From positions 1-63,556 of IMG/VR virus record IMGVR_UViG_3300010157_000064: DNA of 63,556 nt. One strand, 5' to 3'. This document shows, piece by piece, positions 1 to 9,534 of this stretch. This DNA is from a virus. Lineage: Duplodnaviria; Caudoviricetes. Each line of letters opens with the position of its first letter. Within the stretch, counting starts at the first letter, position 1. The translations under genes were made by a program, and so were the position numbers. The notes under the pieces are model-generated. The model was not told the DNA's origin. It searched no databases and worked only from the letters and a program-made list of their open reading frames with translations.

Positions 1-233
1 TTTAATTTGTTTACAATTATTTTTTCACCAAAATGTTTTTCCAAAACTTCTATATGGCTCTTATCTAAAGAATTCAATAGATCTAGCACACTTTTTGATC
101 CAAGGCCACCCAGAACAGATATGGTTTTTCCCAAATGCCACTGATCAAAAAAATGTCTGAACTCCGGAAGAAGTTCTTTTACTTTTTTATCAAAGAAAAT
201 GATTTCTTCAATGTTTTTTAAATTTATTTCCAT
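1..233 (-). CDS. hypothetical protein (partial, runs off window start)
   Basis: Open frame MEINLKNIEEIIFFDKKVKELLPEFRHFFDQWHLG... from ATG at 233; not in ORF track. Confidence 0.6.
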   Translation of the reverse strand, partial: MEINLKNIEEIIFFDKKVKELLPEFRHFFDQWHLGKTISVLGGLGSKSVLDLLNSLDKSHIEVLEKHFGEKIIVNKL

Positions 234-283
234 GATACTCTTTTAATTTACCCTTACTAAAGTAGTACAAAAGGAGATAAAAA

Positions 284-1282
284 ATGGCCGATGATGTTTT
301 TAGACCACAAATGCCAACAGAAGGATCCGGATTAAATATAAAAGGAAATCCGCCACCCGAATTCCTGAAGATGATGAAAGAAGCTAGAGGAGAAAGCACA
401 GAACCAAAATCGGGTTTTGGGAACATGGCCTCGAACGAAGTTGCTAAGCCTTTCTCCGCTCCTGCGGAGCCAAGAGAAGTTAGTACCGGCCATCTTAAAG
501 AGCTTTTAGATATCATTAAAAGCTCCAACGCTATTTACGAAGAAGTGCAGTTGCCTTCTAAAGGAAAGTTTTATGATGGTACAAATGGTCCTGCCAACGG
601 TGTTGTTTCTATCAGACCCATGACAGGCGAAGAAGAACAGATTTTGGCTACTCCTCGTTTTGTTAAAAGAGGACAAGCTATCAATATGATTTTCGAAAAA
701 TGTATCAAAGAAGGAAAGCAGTTTAGAACTGAAAACTTGTTGACCGTTGATAGAACTTATCTTTTGATATATTTACGAGGAATATCTTATACTCCAAAAT
801 ACGAAGTAGAAATCAAGTGTTCGGAATGCGAATCTAAGTTTTCTCATACCATCGATTTGAGCACAATGCTTGTTGATCAATGTCCTGACGAATACGGACC
901 AAATCTTCAAGATGTATTGCCAACAACAAAGCTTCCATTCTCATACCGACTATCAACAGGCAAAGATGAGCAAGAAATAACAGATCACAGAGAACGTAGA
1001 GTGAAAGCGTTCGGTGATTCAGCCACTGATGATACTCTAACCTTCAGAACTGCTTCTTTGCTACAGGACATTGATGGAATTTCAAATAAAAATGAACTTC
1101 AAATTCTTCTAAAGAATCTGCCTATCAACGATGTTTCTTATATTAGAAATTGTATCAACGAGCCACCTTTTGGAGTAGATACTAATATTTCTATAATTTG
1201 TCCTTCGTGCTATGCAGAGTTCGATATAGATCTACCTCTTGAAGCAAGTTTTTTCTTTCCCAGGCGGAAGAAGGGGCAGTAA
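284..1282 (+). CDS. T4 gp26-like baseplate hub / tail assembly chaperone
   Basis: EVQLPSKGKFY, IRPMTGEEEQIL, DRTYLLIYLRGISY and two CxxC pairs typical of gp26-like proteins; AGGAG SD. Confidence 0.75.
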   Translation: MADDVFRPQMPTEGSGLNIKGNPPPEFLKMMKEARGESTEPKSGFGNMASNEVAKPFSAPAEPREVSTGHLKELLDIIKSSNAIYEEVQLPSKGKFYDGTNGPANGVVSIRPMTGEEEQILATPRFVKRGQAINMIFEKCIKEGKQFRTENLLTVDRTYLLIYLRGISYTPKYEVEIKCSECESKFSHTIDLSTMLVDQCPDEYGPNLQDVLPTTKLPFSYRLSTGKDEQEITDHRERRVKAFGDSATDDTLTFRTASLLQDIDGISNKNELQILLKNLPINDVSYIRNCINEPPFGVDTNISIICPSCYAEFDIDLPLEASFFFPRRKKGQ

Positions 1283-1479
1283 ACCCAAGCCTAGAACTAT
1301 GGAAGGGGTTAGCGGATGAAATATTTTTCTTCCAATATCACTTACGTCTGGATCCTGAAAAAACTATGAGATTGCCAATAAATCTTCGAAGATATATGAT
1401 AGAGAAATTTATTGAGCAAAAAGAAAACGAAAACCAAGCAATGGAAAAGTCAAGACGAAAGTCGCAATCTAAGAGGTAA
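1249..1479 (+). CDS. gp51-like C-terminal extension, probably reached by -1 frameshift from the gp26-like ORF
   Basis: -1 frame reads FLSQAEEGAVNPSLELWKGLADEIFFFQYHLRLDPEKTMRLPINLRRYMIEKFIEQKENENQAMEK...KR*; slippery T TTT TTC at 1249-1255; first in-frame ATG lies inside the conserved-looking region. Confidence 0.7.
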   Translation, partial: FFLSQAEEGAVNPSLELWKGLADEIFFFQYHLRLDPEKTMRLPINLRRYMIEKFIEQKENENQAMEKSRRKSQSKR

Positions 1480-1482
1480 AAG

Positions 1483-2223
1483 ATGTCAAAAGAAAGATAT
1501 CAAAACCCCACTGTGGGGGACAGCGTAAATTTAAGGTTGTTTACTTATAACAGCAATAATAGAAGAGATGTTCAAGAAATAGAACAAGTAGAAATCTATA
1601 CGCTGGACCCCACGGAAAGAACCGAGGACAATCCAGAAGGTCTTAGGCTGGTACAAATAATAGATGGATCTTCTGTTGTTAAAGAGGATACTGGTCGATA
1701 TCTTGTAACAATCGATGCCTCTAGTCCTATTTATACAATAGGCGAGTATAAGGATAAGTGGAAAGTAAAGTTTCAAGATAATGATTCTTTTACTGCTACA
1801 ATTGCTAACAACTTTACTCTCTATCCTGATTTGTGGTTTACAACTTCTTTACCACCTGTTTATGATTTTAGTTTTAATTTTAGACCAAATAGAATAAGAA
1901 GAGGTTCTAAGAGATATTTGATTATTCAAGTAGTACCAAATGTGCCAAGAGGCCCAGACTTAGAAAGATATTACGAAAACTTGGCTATAGTCTCAGATTT
2001 AAGAGTATCTATCGAAGTTGACTGTGCAGACTGCGTTCCTGTAGAGCAGGATTTAAGGTTAGTTGTAGATAGACAGATAGTTGATTATAGAGAGAAAATG
2101 TATGCATATTACTTTATCGACACTTCAGAATTAGCGTCAGGAATATACAATGTGTGGTTCGAATTAACGTTTGGAGAAAACACATTCATTTCTGACAAGG
2201 GGGCTTTACAAATACATGATTAA
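1483..2223 (+). CDS. hypothetical protein, possibly virion-associated
   Basis: 246 aa, beta-rich appearance, directly downstream of the gp26/gp51-like genes. Confidence 0.5.
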   Translation: MSKERYQNPTVGDSVNLRLFTYNSNNRRDVQEIEQVEIYTLDPTERTEDNPEGLRLVQIIDGSSVVKEDTGRYLVTIDASSPIYTIGEYKDKWKVKFQDNDSFTATIANNFTLYPDLWFTTSLPPVYDFSFNFRPNRIRRGSKRYLIIQVVPNVPRGPDLERYYENLAIVSDLRVSIEVDCADCVPVEQDLRLVVDRQIVDYREKMYAYYFIDTSELASGIYNVWFELTFGENTFISDKGALQIHD

Positions 2224-3013
2224 AATAGGTTTATATTATCAGTCGGGATATAGATATGTTCCCTGTTTTTATGCTTTAGAGCAATTTAGAAAAGTATATC
2301 CAAATGCACCAATTTCTTTGTATGAAGATAATTCAAACGTACTGTTACCTATAGCTAAAAAGTTTAAATGCGATTATAAAAAAACCATAATTACAGGACG
2401 CAACGGCAATAATAATGGCAGAGAATCTTTTGATTTAAAATCAACAAAAGCTTGGTTTGAAAGAATAAACGAAGCTTGTACTACAGTTTTATCTGAGGCG
2501 GACTGGATCGTTCACTTTGAAGACGATGTTTGGATTAGAAGAGAATTAAGAAGTGAGCCTCCATATGATTTGTCTGGGATTGGTGGGATAGGATGTGATG
2601 TAGGCCTATATGAACACCTACAAACCTCCGTTAGAGGAGCATATGGTTGTGGCGGTTCTATGTTCAATAGAATAAAATTCATAGAAGCATATAAAAAAAT
2701 AAATGAAATTGATTGGGATTTAATGGACAAATTAGCAATAAGTCCAAAGCCATCAGAATGGGCAGATACAGCTATAACAATACTTTTTTTATATTCAAAA
2801 ATGTCTGTTGGTCCATACAACGAACTTGTACAATATAGAAATAGCAAAGCACAAACACTCTTGGACAGAAGAGGTTGGCTTGGATCGATGCAAGAATTAG
2901 AGGAAGAACAAGGAGATGTAGCAATTATACACTGCTGGAAGCCTTACTATTATCCTACAGAAGAAGAAGTAATATATGTTGAAAAAAAATTAGCAAAAAA
3001 AATTTTAAATTAA
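2216..3013 (+). CDS. putative glycosyltransferase (GT-A-like)
   Basis: WIVHFEDDVW (ExD/DxD-like), GCGGSMF, C-terminal IIH; next to other glycosyltransferases. Confidence 0.55.
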   Translation: MIKIGLYYQSGYRYVPCFYALEQFRKVYPNAPISLYEDNSNVLLPIAKKFKCDYKKTIITGRNGNNNGRESFDLKSTKAWFERINEACTTVLSEADWIVHFEDDVWIRRELRSEPPYDLSGIGGIGCDVGLYEHLQTSVRGAYGCGGSMFNRIKFIEAYKKINEIDWDLMDKLAISPKPSEWADTAITILFLYSKMSVGPYNELVQYRNSKAQTLLDRRGWLGSMQELEEEQGDVAIIHCWKPYYYPTEEEVIYVEKKLAKKILN

Positions 3014-3693
3014 AAACATTTTATAATTGGTTTGTTATAATGAGACAACCAAAATTCTTCATTAAAACATACATGTCCCCCTATATCGGAAACACCTCCA
3101 CCTTTTTGTATGACTGCTGCTGGGTATACTAAATATTTATTCTTAAAAGTATTATTTAAATAAATATCTATAACATCAAAGGGTTTATCAAATTTATTTT
3201 CTAATACTTTATCGAAAGATGTGCTGTTAAGGATATATGCTTGAGTGCTAGTGCAACAATCACACTTAATGATGTGGTCCGAATATAGTTTTAGTTCTTT
3301 ATCATGCAAATTTGCTCCAAAATAAAATATATCCCAATTATTTATTTTGGTTAATTCGTTTAATGCTTCTTCGATAATTTGAAGTGCAGTGTAAGTTTCA
3401 TTTTCGTAAAACAAAGCATCATCTTCAAAAATTAAAACATTTTTATATCCTCTATCTTTTGCGATTTGTATTATATTTTTATGTGATAGAGAACAAGCTT
3501 GTCCCAGTAAAAACATTTTATGATTATCATCAACACGATAATCAATAGTATCAAACGCAGAAATTGCTGGGAATCTTTCAACAAACGCATCTAACCCTAG
3601 CCTTTTAAATTGTTCAATCATGAATTCATTTTTATCTTTCCTATGTTCTAAATTTATATAAAACGCACCACTAACAAATTCTTGTATCTTCAT
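3010..3693 (-). CDS. glycosyltransferase family 25
   Basis: YINLEHRKD, ACSLSH, LIFEDDA, STQAYIL, IDIYL motifs. Confidence 0.85.
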   Translation of the reverse strand: MKIQEFVSGAFYINLEHRKDKNEFMIEQFKRLGLDAFVERFPAISAFDTIDYRVDDNHKMFLLGQACSLSHKNIIQIAKDRGYKNVLIFEDDALFYENETYTALQIIEEALNELTKINNWDIFYFGANLHDKELKLYSDHIIKCDCCTSTQAYILNSTSFDKVLENKFDKPFDVIDIYLNNTFKNKYLVYPAAVIQKGGGVSDIGGHVCFNEEFWLSHYNKPIIKCF

Positions 3694-3706
3694 TCGATTC
3701 TTTCTT

Positions 3707-4843
3707 TTAAAATTTATCTAAAAAATTGGTCCACATTGGACCTATATTATTAATGTTAAAATTTTCAAGAATATAAGGGATTCCTTTAGTTCTAATTTCT
3801 TCTTTTAATTCTTGGTTTTCTTCTATCCATTTTATTTTTTCTACAATATTATCAATGGAAGACATATAAGGAGCTGACGTTACTCGTTCCGTCATCATTT
3901 TTTCCATATCGGTTTCTGGTGGAAAATCTAATTTAAAATAATGACCTCCATAGTACTCCTCATGCGAACCTAAAGGATATGAAACAACTATAACCCCCAT
4001 ACCAATAGCTTCAGCCATTGCACAAGAATGTACGTCTTTATAAACGTGACCGTTAGGTGTATACTGTGGGAATATAAAATAATCACTAGTCGCTAATTCA
4101 CTAAATAAAGTTTCCTTATCTATTCCATTACTCAAATCGACATAATCAAATGATTTAAAATTATCACCCCAACCAAGTTTTCTAACAGCATTTAACGCAA
4201 CTTCTCCACCTCTAGACCATTGTGCTGGAAAGATAACTTTTTTATGTTGTCTCTCTAATTTTTTATCTAATATTTCTAACATAACATCTGTGGTCATTGC
4301 GTTGGGTATAATTGAGGTTAATAAATCTGATACATTGTTTCTGAGAAATTCAATATTATCTTTATGATGGCCTTCAGCCCATTTAGATATATTAATATAA
4401 CCCACTTTTAAATTATTTTTAAGTGCGAAATCTTTTAACTCACTTAAATAATAACCCCAAGCTAAATGACACCAATAACATACCGCTTTAGTGATTGTTG
4501 CGTTTAGTTTATCATATTCACCAAACCATAACGAATTAACTAAAACATCAAATTCTGTATTTTTTAAACCATCTAAATTTGGTAGATAAGTATAGGTAAC
4601 ACCATTTACAATGTCTTTACCAGGATTAAAGTTATATCCCCTTTCATTTCTTTGTTTAATTAAATCGTCAGAGGATTTTTCAACGGCAATTACCACATCA
4701 TTACCAGTTTTCGCCAAATATTCAGCAATCAAAATTGATGTGGAGTCTGTTCCTGATAGTCCTGCTTTATTGTATCTCATAGTATCTCCGTTAACGAAGT
4801 TACTTCTTGATCCATTACCGGTTACTGTAAATAATATTCTCAT
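3707..4843 (-). CDS. GT-B fold glycosyltransferase (GT4-like)
   Basis: SGTD...IAEYLAKTGNDV, SDYFIFP, CAMAEAIGMGVIVV. Confidence 0.7.
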   Translation of the reverse strand: MRILFTVTGNGSRSNFVNGDTMRYNKAGLSGTDSTSILIAEYLAKTGNDVVIAVEKSSDDLIKQRNERGYNFNPGKDIVNGVTYTYLPNLDGLKNTEFDVLVNSLWFGEYDKLNATITKAVCYWCHLAWGYYLSELKDFALKNNLKVGYINISKWAEGHHKDNIEFLRNNVSDLLTSIIPNAMTTDVMLEILDKKLERQHKKVIFPAQWSRGGEVALNAVRKLGWGDNFKSFDYVDLSNGIDKETLFSELATSDYFIFPQYTPNGHVYKDVHSCAMAEAIGMGVIVVSYPLGSHEEYYGGHYFKLDFPPETDMEKMMTERVTSAPYMSSIDNIVEKIKWIEENQELKEEIRTKGIPYILENFNINNIGPMWTNFLDKF

Positions 4844-6081
4844 ATCTTTTTTTCATACCTTTCGCTCCATTGTTTCTCTTTATCAAATAAATACATAACA
4901 ATTTTTTCTGGCTTATCTTGGGAATAAAAATCTGCTAAGTATCTACTGCTTTTCAGCGTGACTAGATCTGGGGATTCTGCTAATGTAAAGTCTTTTCTAA
5001 ATATCTCTTTGCCAGAACTATTATGAATACCAATCGTTAGAAATTCAGGATTGTTAAAATTCGCTTTTTCAAAAAATCCTAAATCCCACTCGCAATTAAT
5101 ATTGTATTTTTGAGAAACAAACTGATTTTCCCAATCTATTGGATTGGGCGGTTCATTAACCTTCAATGTGTAGTCCTGAATTCTACATTTTTTAAAATCA
5201 AAGCCCCCAAAAACTTCGTAATCATGAAGTGTTCTTTTAGTTCCTAGCCCATACTTTGTCATATCTATTTTATGATCTTCTTGCCCAAATAGCTGCCTTG
5301 TTTTGTTGCGAGCAAAAACGTCTCTTTCTCCACTTGTTTTTTTTGTTTTAGAAACAACACCATGATCTTCCCAGTGTTTAGGCCTATTATTTCTAGTGTA
5401 TTCGTGCCAAATATATTGCCGATAAGGACTATAAAAATCATACCCCCAAGTAAAAGCTCTAACACTCAAAGTCGTTTCTTCTGTGTATCCTCCAAAATAA
5501 ATGTCGGGGTCATATGGTACTTCTTCAACAAAACTTCCATCCGCCAAACAAAAGTGAGCACTTATAGTTCTTGCTTTTATAACCTTGGATCTTTGTTTGT
5601 AGTCCATGATGTGATATGGCCTACTCATAAGCAAGCTGTCATAACTAAACTCGTATTGACTCATAAGACATGGTGAAGCTTCATAAACAGTTTGTTCTGG
5701 TTGAAAGGGTGTTAGATATGTTGTTAAAACAGGCTTTTCAGAAAAAGATTTAGACTGATTAAAATCTTCTAACATCATAACATCCCAATTCTCTAGAAAC
5801 CTATGATGACTATCTAATTGCAAAACAAGATCTTCTCCGTTATAAAGATTGTTTGTTATTGCTCTAGCCCATCCTAGACCTTGGCTGTCACTATAATGAT
5901 GTTTGCTTACTCTAAAATTAGAATTTCCATCATACAAGTTGATGTTTTCTGACTCGTCATATTGCCAACAAATACCGAAGACGAATTGGTCGGGATTTTT
6001 TGCTTTTTTCAGCATATCCTCAATTGTTATTGTTAATTGTGGATCTCTATAAGACGCAATTTGAACAAATATTTTACTCAT
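4840..6081 (-). CDS. GlcNAc-transferase (GT60 / Skp1-type protein GlcNAc transferase family)
   Basis: IFVQIASYRDPQL, GLGWAR, LQLDSHHRF, EVPYDP, EETTLSVRAFTWGYD, YGLGTKRTL. Confidence 0.8.
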   Translation of the reverse strand: MSKIFVQIASYRDPQLTITIEDMLKKAKNPDQFVFGICWQYDESENINLYDGNSNFRVSKHHYSDSQGLGWARAITNNLYNGEDLVLQLDSHHRFLENWDVMMLEDFNQSKSFSEKPVLTTYLTPFQPEQTVYEASPCLMSQYEFSYDSLLMSRPYHIMDYKQRSKVIKARTISAHFCLADGSFVEEVPYDPDIYFGGYTEETTLSVRAFTWGYDFYSPYRQYIWHEYTRNNRPKHWEDHGVVSKTKKTSGERDVFARNKTRQLFGQEDHKIDMTKYGLGTKRTLHDYEVFGGFDFKKCRIQDYTLKVNEPPNPIDWENQFVSQKYNINCEWDLGFFEKANFNNPEFLTIGIHNSSGKEIFRKDFTLAESPDLVTLKSSRYLADFYSQDKPEKIVMYLFDKEKQWSERYEKKI

Positions 6082-6122
6082 TTAGTTTCTCCGTAAACTA
6101 AGCGAGTAAGAGAATTATTTTT

Positions 6123-6299
6123 TTAAGTTGCAGCATTGCAGGGTCCCGGTCCTCCAGCAACTCCGCAAGCTTTTACATCTCTGGGTTTTGGACCTGCGTC
6201 TCTAGGGCCCGGCTTAAAAAGGCTAGCTTGTGCCTTGCCTTTACTTATAAACATTTCTTTTAATTTTACCCACTCTTTAAATGTTTTGAATTGTGCCAT
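6123..6299 (-). CDS. small protein with capsid-targeting-like N-terminus
   Basis: MAQFKTFKEWVKLKE; start re-placed at 6299, 5 nt after a TATATA motif. Confidence 0.6.
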   Translation of the reverse strand: MAQFKTFKEWVKLKEMFISKGKAQASLFKPGPRDAGPKPRDVKACGVAGGPGPCNAAT

Positions 6300-6303
6300 A
6301 AAA

Positions 6304-6313
6304 CTATATATAC
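6304..6313. promoter_or_regulatory. bidirectional late-promoter-like TATATA element
   Basis: CTATATATAC between divergent starts at 6299 and 6322. Confidence 0.5.
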
Positions 6314-6321
6314 TTAAAGAT

Positions 6322-6537
6322 ATGATTAAACAAATACTTGTGACTTTTATTATTATTTTTATTATTTGTGCTTTTATTTCACTGAAAGAAACAGAAGAAC
6401 TTGGGGGAACAACCTGCGAAGACACAACCGATTGCCTCGAAGGACAAACAGCAGGTAAAAATAAAAAATTAAATGCAATTAAATGGCTAGTAAACAAAGA
6501 ATACAGAAGGGGATATGTTGTAGGGTCTAACAACTAA
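6322..6537 (+). CDS. small membrane-anchored hypothetical protein
   Basis: MIKQILVTFIIIFIICAFISL hydrophobic N-terminus. Confidence 0.5.
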   Translation: MIKQILVTFIIIFIICAFISLKETEELGGTTCEDTTDCLEGQTAGKNKKLNAIKWLVNKEYRRGYVVGSNN

Positions 6538-6541
6538 AAAT

Positions 6542-6793
6542 ATGAAACAATTTCAAGAATGGATAATAAACGAAGCAGAAAACTCAAGCAATAAAACCAA
6601 AGCTATGGTTGCATTAGTAGACGCACTAAGAGACGTATTTGGTAAATACGATATAGCAACAAGAAAAAAAGTATGGGAAGAAATTACATCAGCTCATGGA
6701 AAAGAACTAGTCGCTAAGCTGGTGCGGAATCCGAAAACATATTTAAGCGATAGCGAGTTTATCAAACTAATACAAAAAGGCAGTAAAAAATAA
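6542..6793 (+). CDS. small protein with capsid-targeting-like N-terminus
   Basis: MKQFQEWIINE. Confidence 0.6.
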   Translation: MKQFQEWIINEAENSSNKTKAMVALVDALRDVFGKYDIATRKKVWEEITSAHGKELVAKLVRNPKTYLSDSEFIKLIQKGSKK

Positions 6794-7201
6794 TCAAACT
6801 AATTTGTGAACAGAAAATTCTTGGTCTTTATTGGAGTAAACTATTTTTTTAAATCCTAATTGTTTTATCATTTCCATACAACCACCGCATGGCTGACTAT
6901 TGTCTAGTTTATTATTCCTGTTTATACGGGTATTCACGATAGTTAGACCGGAACAATTATCATACCCTAATTTTATCACAGAACTCATTTCTGAATGTGT
7001 ACCAACTACATCGCTTATATTGTGCTTTTGTTTATTTCTGTAATTGTACTTCAAGTTTAATGGATGAGTTTTAGGACTATTGCACCCTATAGACAAAAGC
7101 CTTTTATTGTCAAATATAAAGCTAAAGTGCTTACACCTCTTGTTGTGTCGGCACTTACCAGCTAAAGCAAAACTTATTTCTATTACTTTATCTAAATTCA
7201 T
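6794..7201 (-). CDS. zinc-dependent cytidine/dCMP deaminase-like protein
   Basis: HSE ... PCGGC zinc motif. Confidence 0.75.
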   Translation of the reverse strand: MNLDKVIEISFALAGKCRHNKRCKHFSFIFDNKRLLSIGCNSPKTHPLNLKYNYRNKQKHNISDVVGTHSEMSSVIKLGYDNCSGLTIVNTRINRNNKLDNSQPCGGCMEMIKQLGFKKIVYSNKDQEFSVHKLV

Positions 7202-7776
7202 CTTGCTTTTTCTCGAAATAAAATATGTGTATTTTCTTCAATATAATTTTTTGCTTTAGGAGTCCATAATTTTTTAATTATGTGTCCTGTCTCTATCATT
7301 TTGTCTATTTCTTTCATAAAAATTCGCACAGCACGATCCGTTTTTGAAAAACCATGATATATTTTATGATCATATTTATCAAGAAAAAACTTGCAAGTTT
7401 CTTTAGGTATCATATAATACATTCCTAATCTCGGAACAACAATATATGCGTCCTGATTACAACAACATTGCAAAGAATAAACCTTAAAGGTAAAGAACTC
7501 TGTATACCGCTCTTCTATTGTTTTTATTTCTATTTTGATTGTTCTGCCATCGTCAAAGTGGTAGATCTTATCAACATTGTGATTAGGCAGTCTTCCTTTG
7601 ATCAATTTGCCTTCGTTGTCTACGCCATGCTCTACAACAGAGCATGGAAACCCACGTTCAGTAAAATCATATCTTAAAGTTATTCCCCAATAGAATTCAC
7701 GTTCGGTAAAATCTTTGATATTTTCTTCAAAAACTTCTTCAGAACGAACGTCTCTTCTTTTTTCCAAGCTATTCAT
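7198..7776 (-). CDS. putative PD-(D/E)XK nuclease
   Basis: VD...IEIKT motif. Confidence 0.45.
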   Translation of the reverse strand: MNSLEKRRDVRSEEVFEENIKDFTEREFYWGITLRYDFTERGFPCSVVEHGVDNEGKLIKGRLPNHNVDKIYHFDDGRTIKIEIKTIEERYTEFFTFKVYSLQCCCNQDAYIVVPRLGMYYMIPKETCKFFLDKYDHKIYHGFSKTDRAVRIFMKEIDKMIETGHIIKKLWTPKAKNYIEENTHILFREKAR

Positions 7777-7806
7777 AGATCATCTCCTAATCAATATTAT
7801 AGTTGA

Positions 7807-8832
7807 TTAGGAGGCTTGTTCAATATCAAATTTAGGATTTGCTACGATCATATCCCATATACAATCCTTTGGATCTTTTTTATCTAATAAATGAAATAAT
7901 ACTTTTGGATGTTTTTGCTGTAGAATATACATAGCTGCTTCTTTTCTAGTAGGAAACTCTTTGTACACAGCTTTTGATTGATTTAAAATTTCATTATATT
8001 CATCCGTCATTCTTTTTTGAACCTTTTTGACCCAATTATAAAACTCATCAGGCACTTTATCTAAAAACACATCCATAGAATGTCCGTTCCGCAAAGTTTC
8101 TAGAATCAATTTCTCAGTAACTCCCGTAACGATTCTATGAAGCCGGACGTATTCCTCTCCCTTTATCTTAATCCGTGTGCCAGACTTGAATCTAATCACA
8201 AATCCTTCTTGATCGTCTTTTATCAAAGACTTGATTAAAGACAAATCTTTGATTCCATCGTATTTTTTAACAATAGGAAATGCGTTCTTTTCTTGGTACA
8301 AATCGTATTCGTTGCCGTAATTATCAAACTTAGCAAGTAAAACTATATCTTCTTTGTCGCCATAGTCACATACTATTTTGTTCCATTTGACAATTAATTC
8401 AGCACAGTAGCTTTTAGTGCTATCTAATTGGCTTAAATCATATTTAGATAAAATTCTTTTTGCTTCGTTTGAATGGGCACTGTTGAAAGACGCCTTGGAA
8501 GCGACCACCATTTCGCCTTTATACCAAGCAATTACGATTAAAGACCCGTCTAATTTCTCGTAAACATCAAAAGGTTCGTTGGGAATATCTCGAAGTTCTT
8601 CTATATTAAAAAACTTATCAAAACTTTTAGCCACAACAAGGCCCTCCTGGTCCGTTATAAGGGCTCTACATTTTAGGGTTATATTATCCCATAATTTGTC
8701 GTATTGGACCGTAGGAGAGTAATTCCAGATGATTAGAGGCAAACTAGGATGTGTTTGCTTCATTAAAAGTCTATTTTTATAATATTCCTCTAATTTTGCT
8801 ATATCGAATCTATTTTGTTGGGGTTTGCACAT
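7807..8832 (-). CDS. rnlA: RNA ligase, T4 Rnl1 family
   Basis: CRALI, KFFN, EKLDGS (motif I), EGFVI, RIKIKGEEY. Confidence 0.85.
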   Translation of the reverse strand: MCKPQQNRFDIAKLEEYYKNRLLMKQTHPSLPLIIWNYSPTVQYDKLWDNITLKCRALITDQEGLVVAKSFDKFFNIEELRDIPNEPFDVYEKLDGSLIVIAWYKGEMVVASKASFNSAHSNEAKRILSKYDLSQLDSTKSYCAELIVKWNKIVCDYGDKEDIVLLAKFDNYGNEYDLYQEKNAFPIVKKYDGIKDLSLIKSLIKDDQEGFVIRFKSGTRIKIKGEEYVRLHRIVTGVTEKLILETLRNGHSMDVFLDKVPDEFYNWVKKVQKRMTDEYNEILNQSKAVYKEFPTRKEAAMYILQQKHPKVLFHLLDKKDPKDCIWDMIVANPKFDIEQAS

Positions 8833-9533
8833 AATTTTGGATTATACTTATATTTTTCAGAAGATATAAAGGCTCCATTCGGCTTACAATACCAGTTGCC
8901 ACCAAATAAAAAACAAAGATTATTTATTTCTGCGTCAAGTTTAGATTTATCGTTTTTATCAAAAAGAAGGTGCCATGTGACTTCAAAAAACGCCCCTATT
9001 CTATAGCTTGTGGCGTTATCCTCCATACACAAACAGCAATTATACAGCTTTTGGTAAAAATGTAAAGGATGAGATCTAATCCGCTCTTTACTGACTAAAA
9101 ATTGAGCAAAAGGCTCAAAAACAAGCTTGTCAGGTATTTGTCCCAAGGATTCAGCATATATTTGCTTCCACCAATCTCTAAACGAATTGTTTGGAATAAA
9201 TATGTAGTAATAACTTTCGTTTATAGCTTGAAAATCTTTTTCTTTATACTTTTCTATAGCGTCGAAAATATGAATATGTTGATGAGAAGCTGTTTCGTGG
9301 CCATGTATAAAAACAATTTTATCAGGCAAAACATCCCAATAATTAATTATATACCACAAATACGACGAAGCTTCATTTCCTTTATTGGGAAGAATATGAA
9401 AAGCTTCATATTTTGACCCATCAACAGTGTTTCCTCCTTCTTTTCCCACAATAATTACAGGATAAGGAGATTTTTCTAACCAAATAATATCTTCCTTGTA
9501 ATGAGAAGAAACTATTGTTACATTTTCATTCAT
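8799..9533 (-). CDS. DUF3431-like protein (putative glycan-related)
   Basis: PNKGNEASSYLWYII, FIHGH, AQFLVSKERI, FEVTWH. Confidence 0.75.
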   Translation of the reverse strand: MNENVTIVSSHYKEDIIWLEKSPYPVIIVGKEGGNTVDGSKYEAFHILPNKGNEASSYLWYIINYWDVLPDKIVFIHGHETASHQHIHIFDAIEKYKEKDFQAINESYYYIFIPNNSFRDWWKQIYAESLGQIPDKLVFEPFAQFLVSKERIRSHPLHFYQKLYNCCLCMEDNATSYRIGAFFEVTWHLLFDKNDKSKLDAEINNLCFLFGGNWYCKPNGAFISSEKYKYNPKLCANPNKIDSI

Positions 9534-9534
9534 A

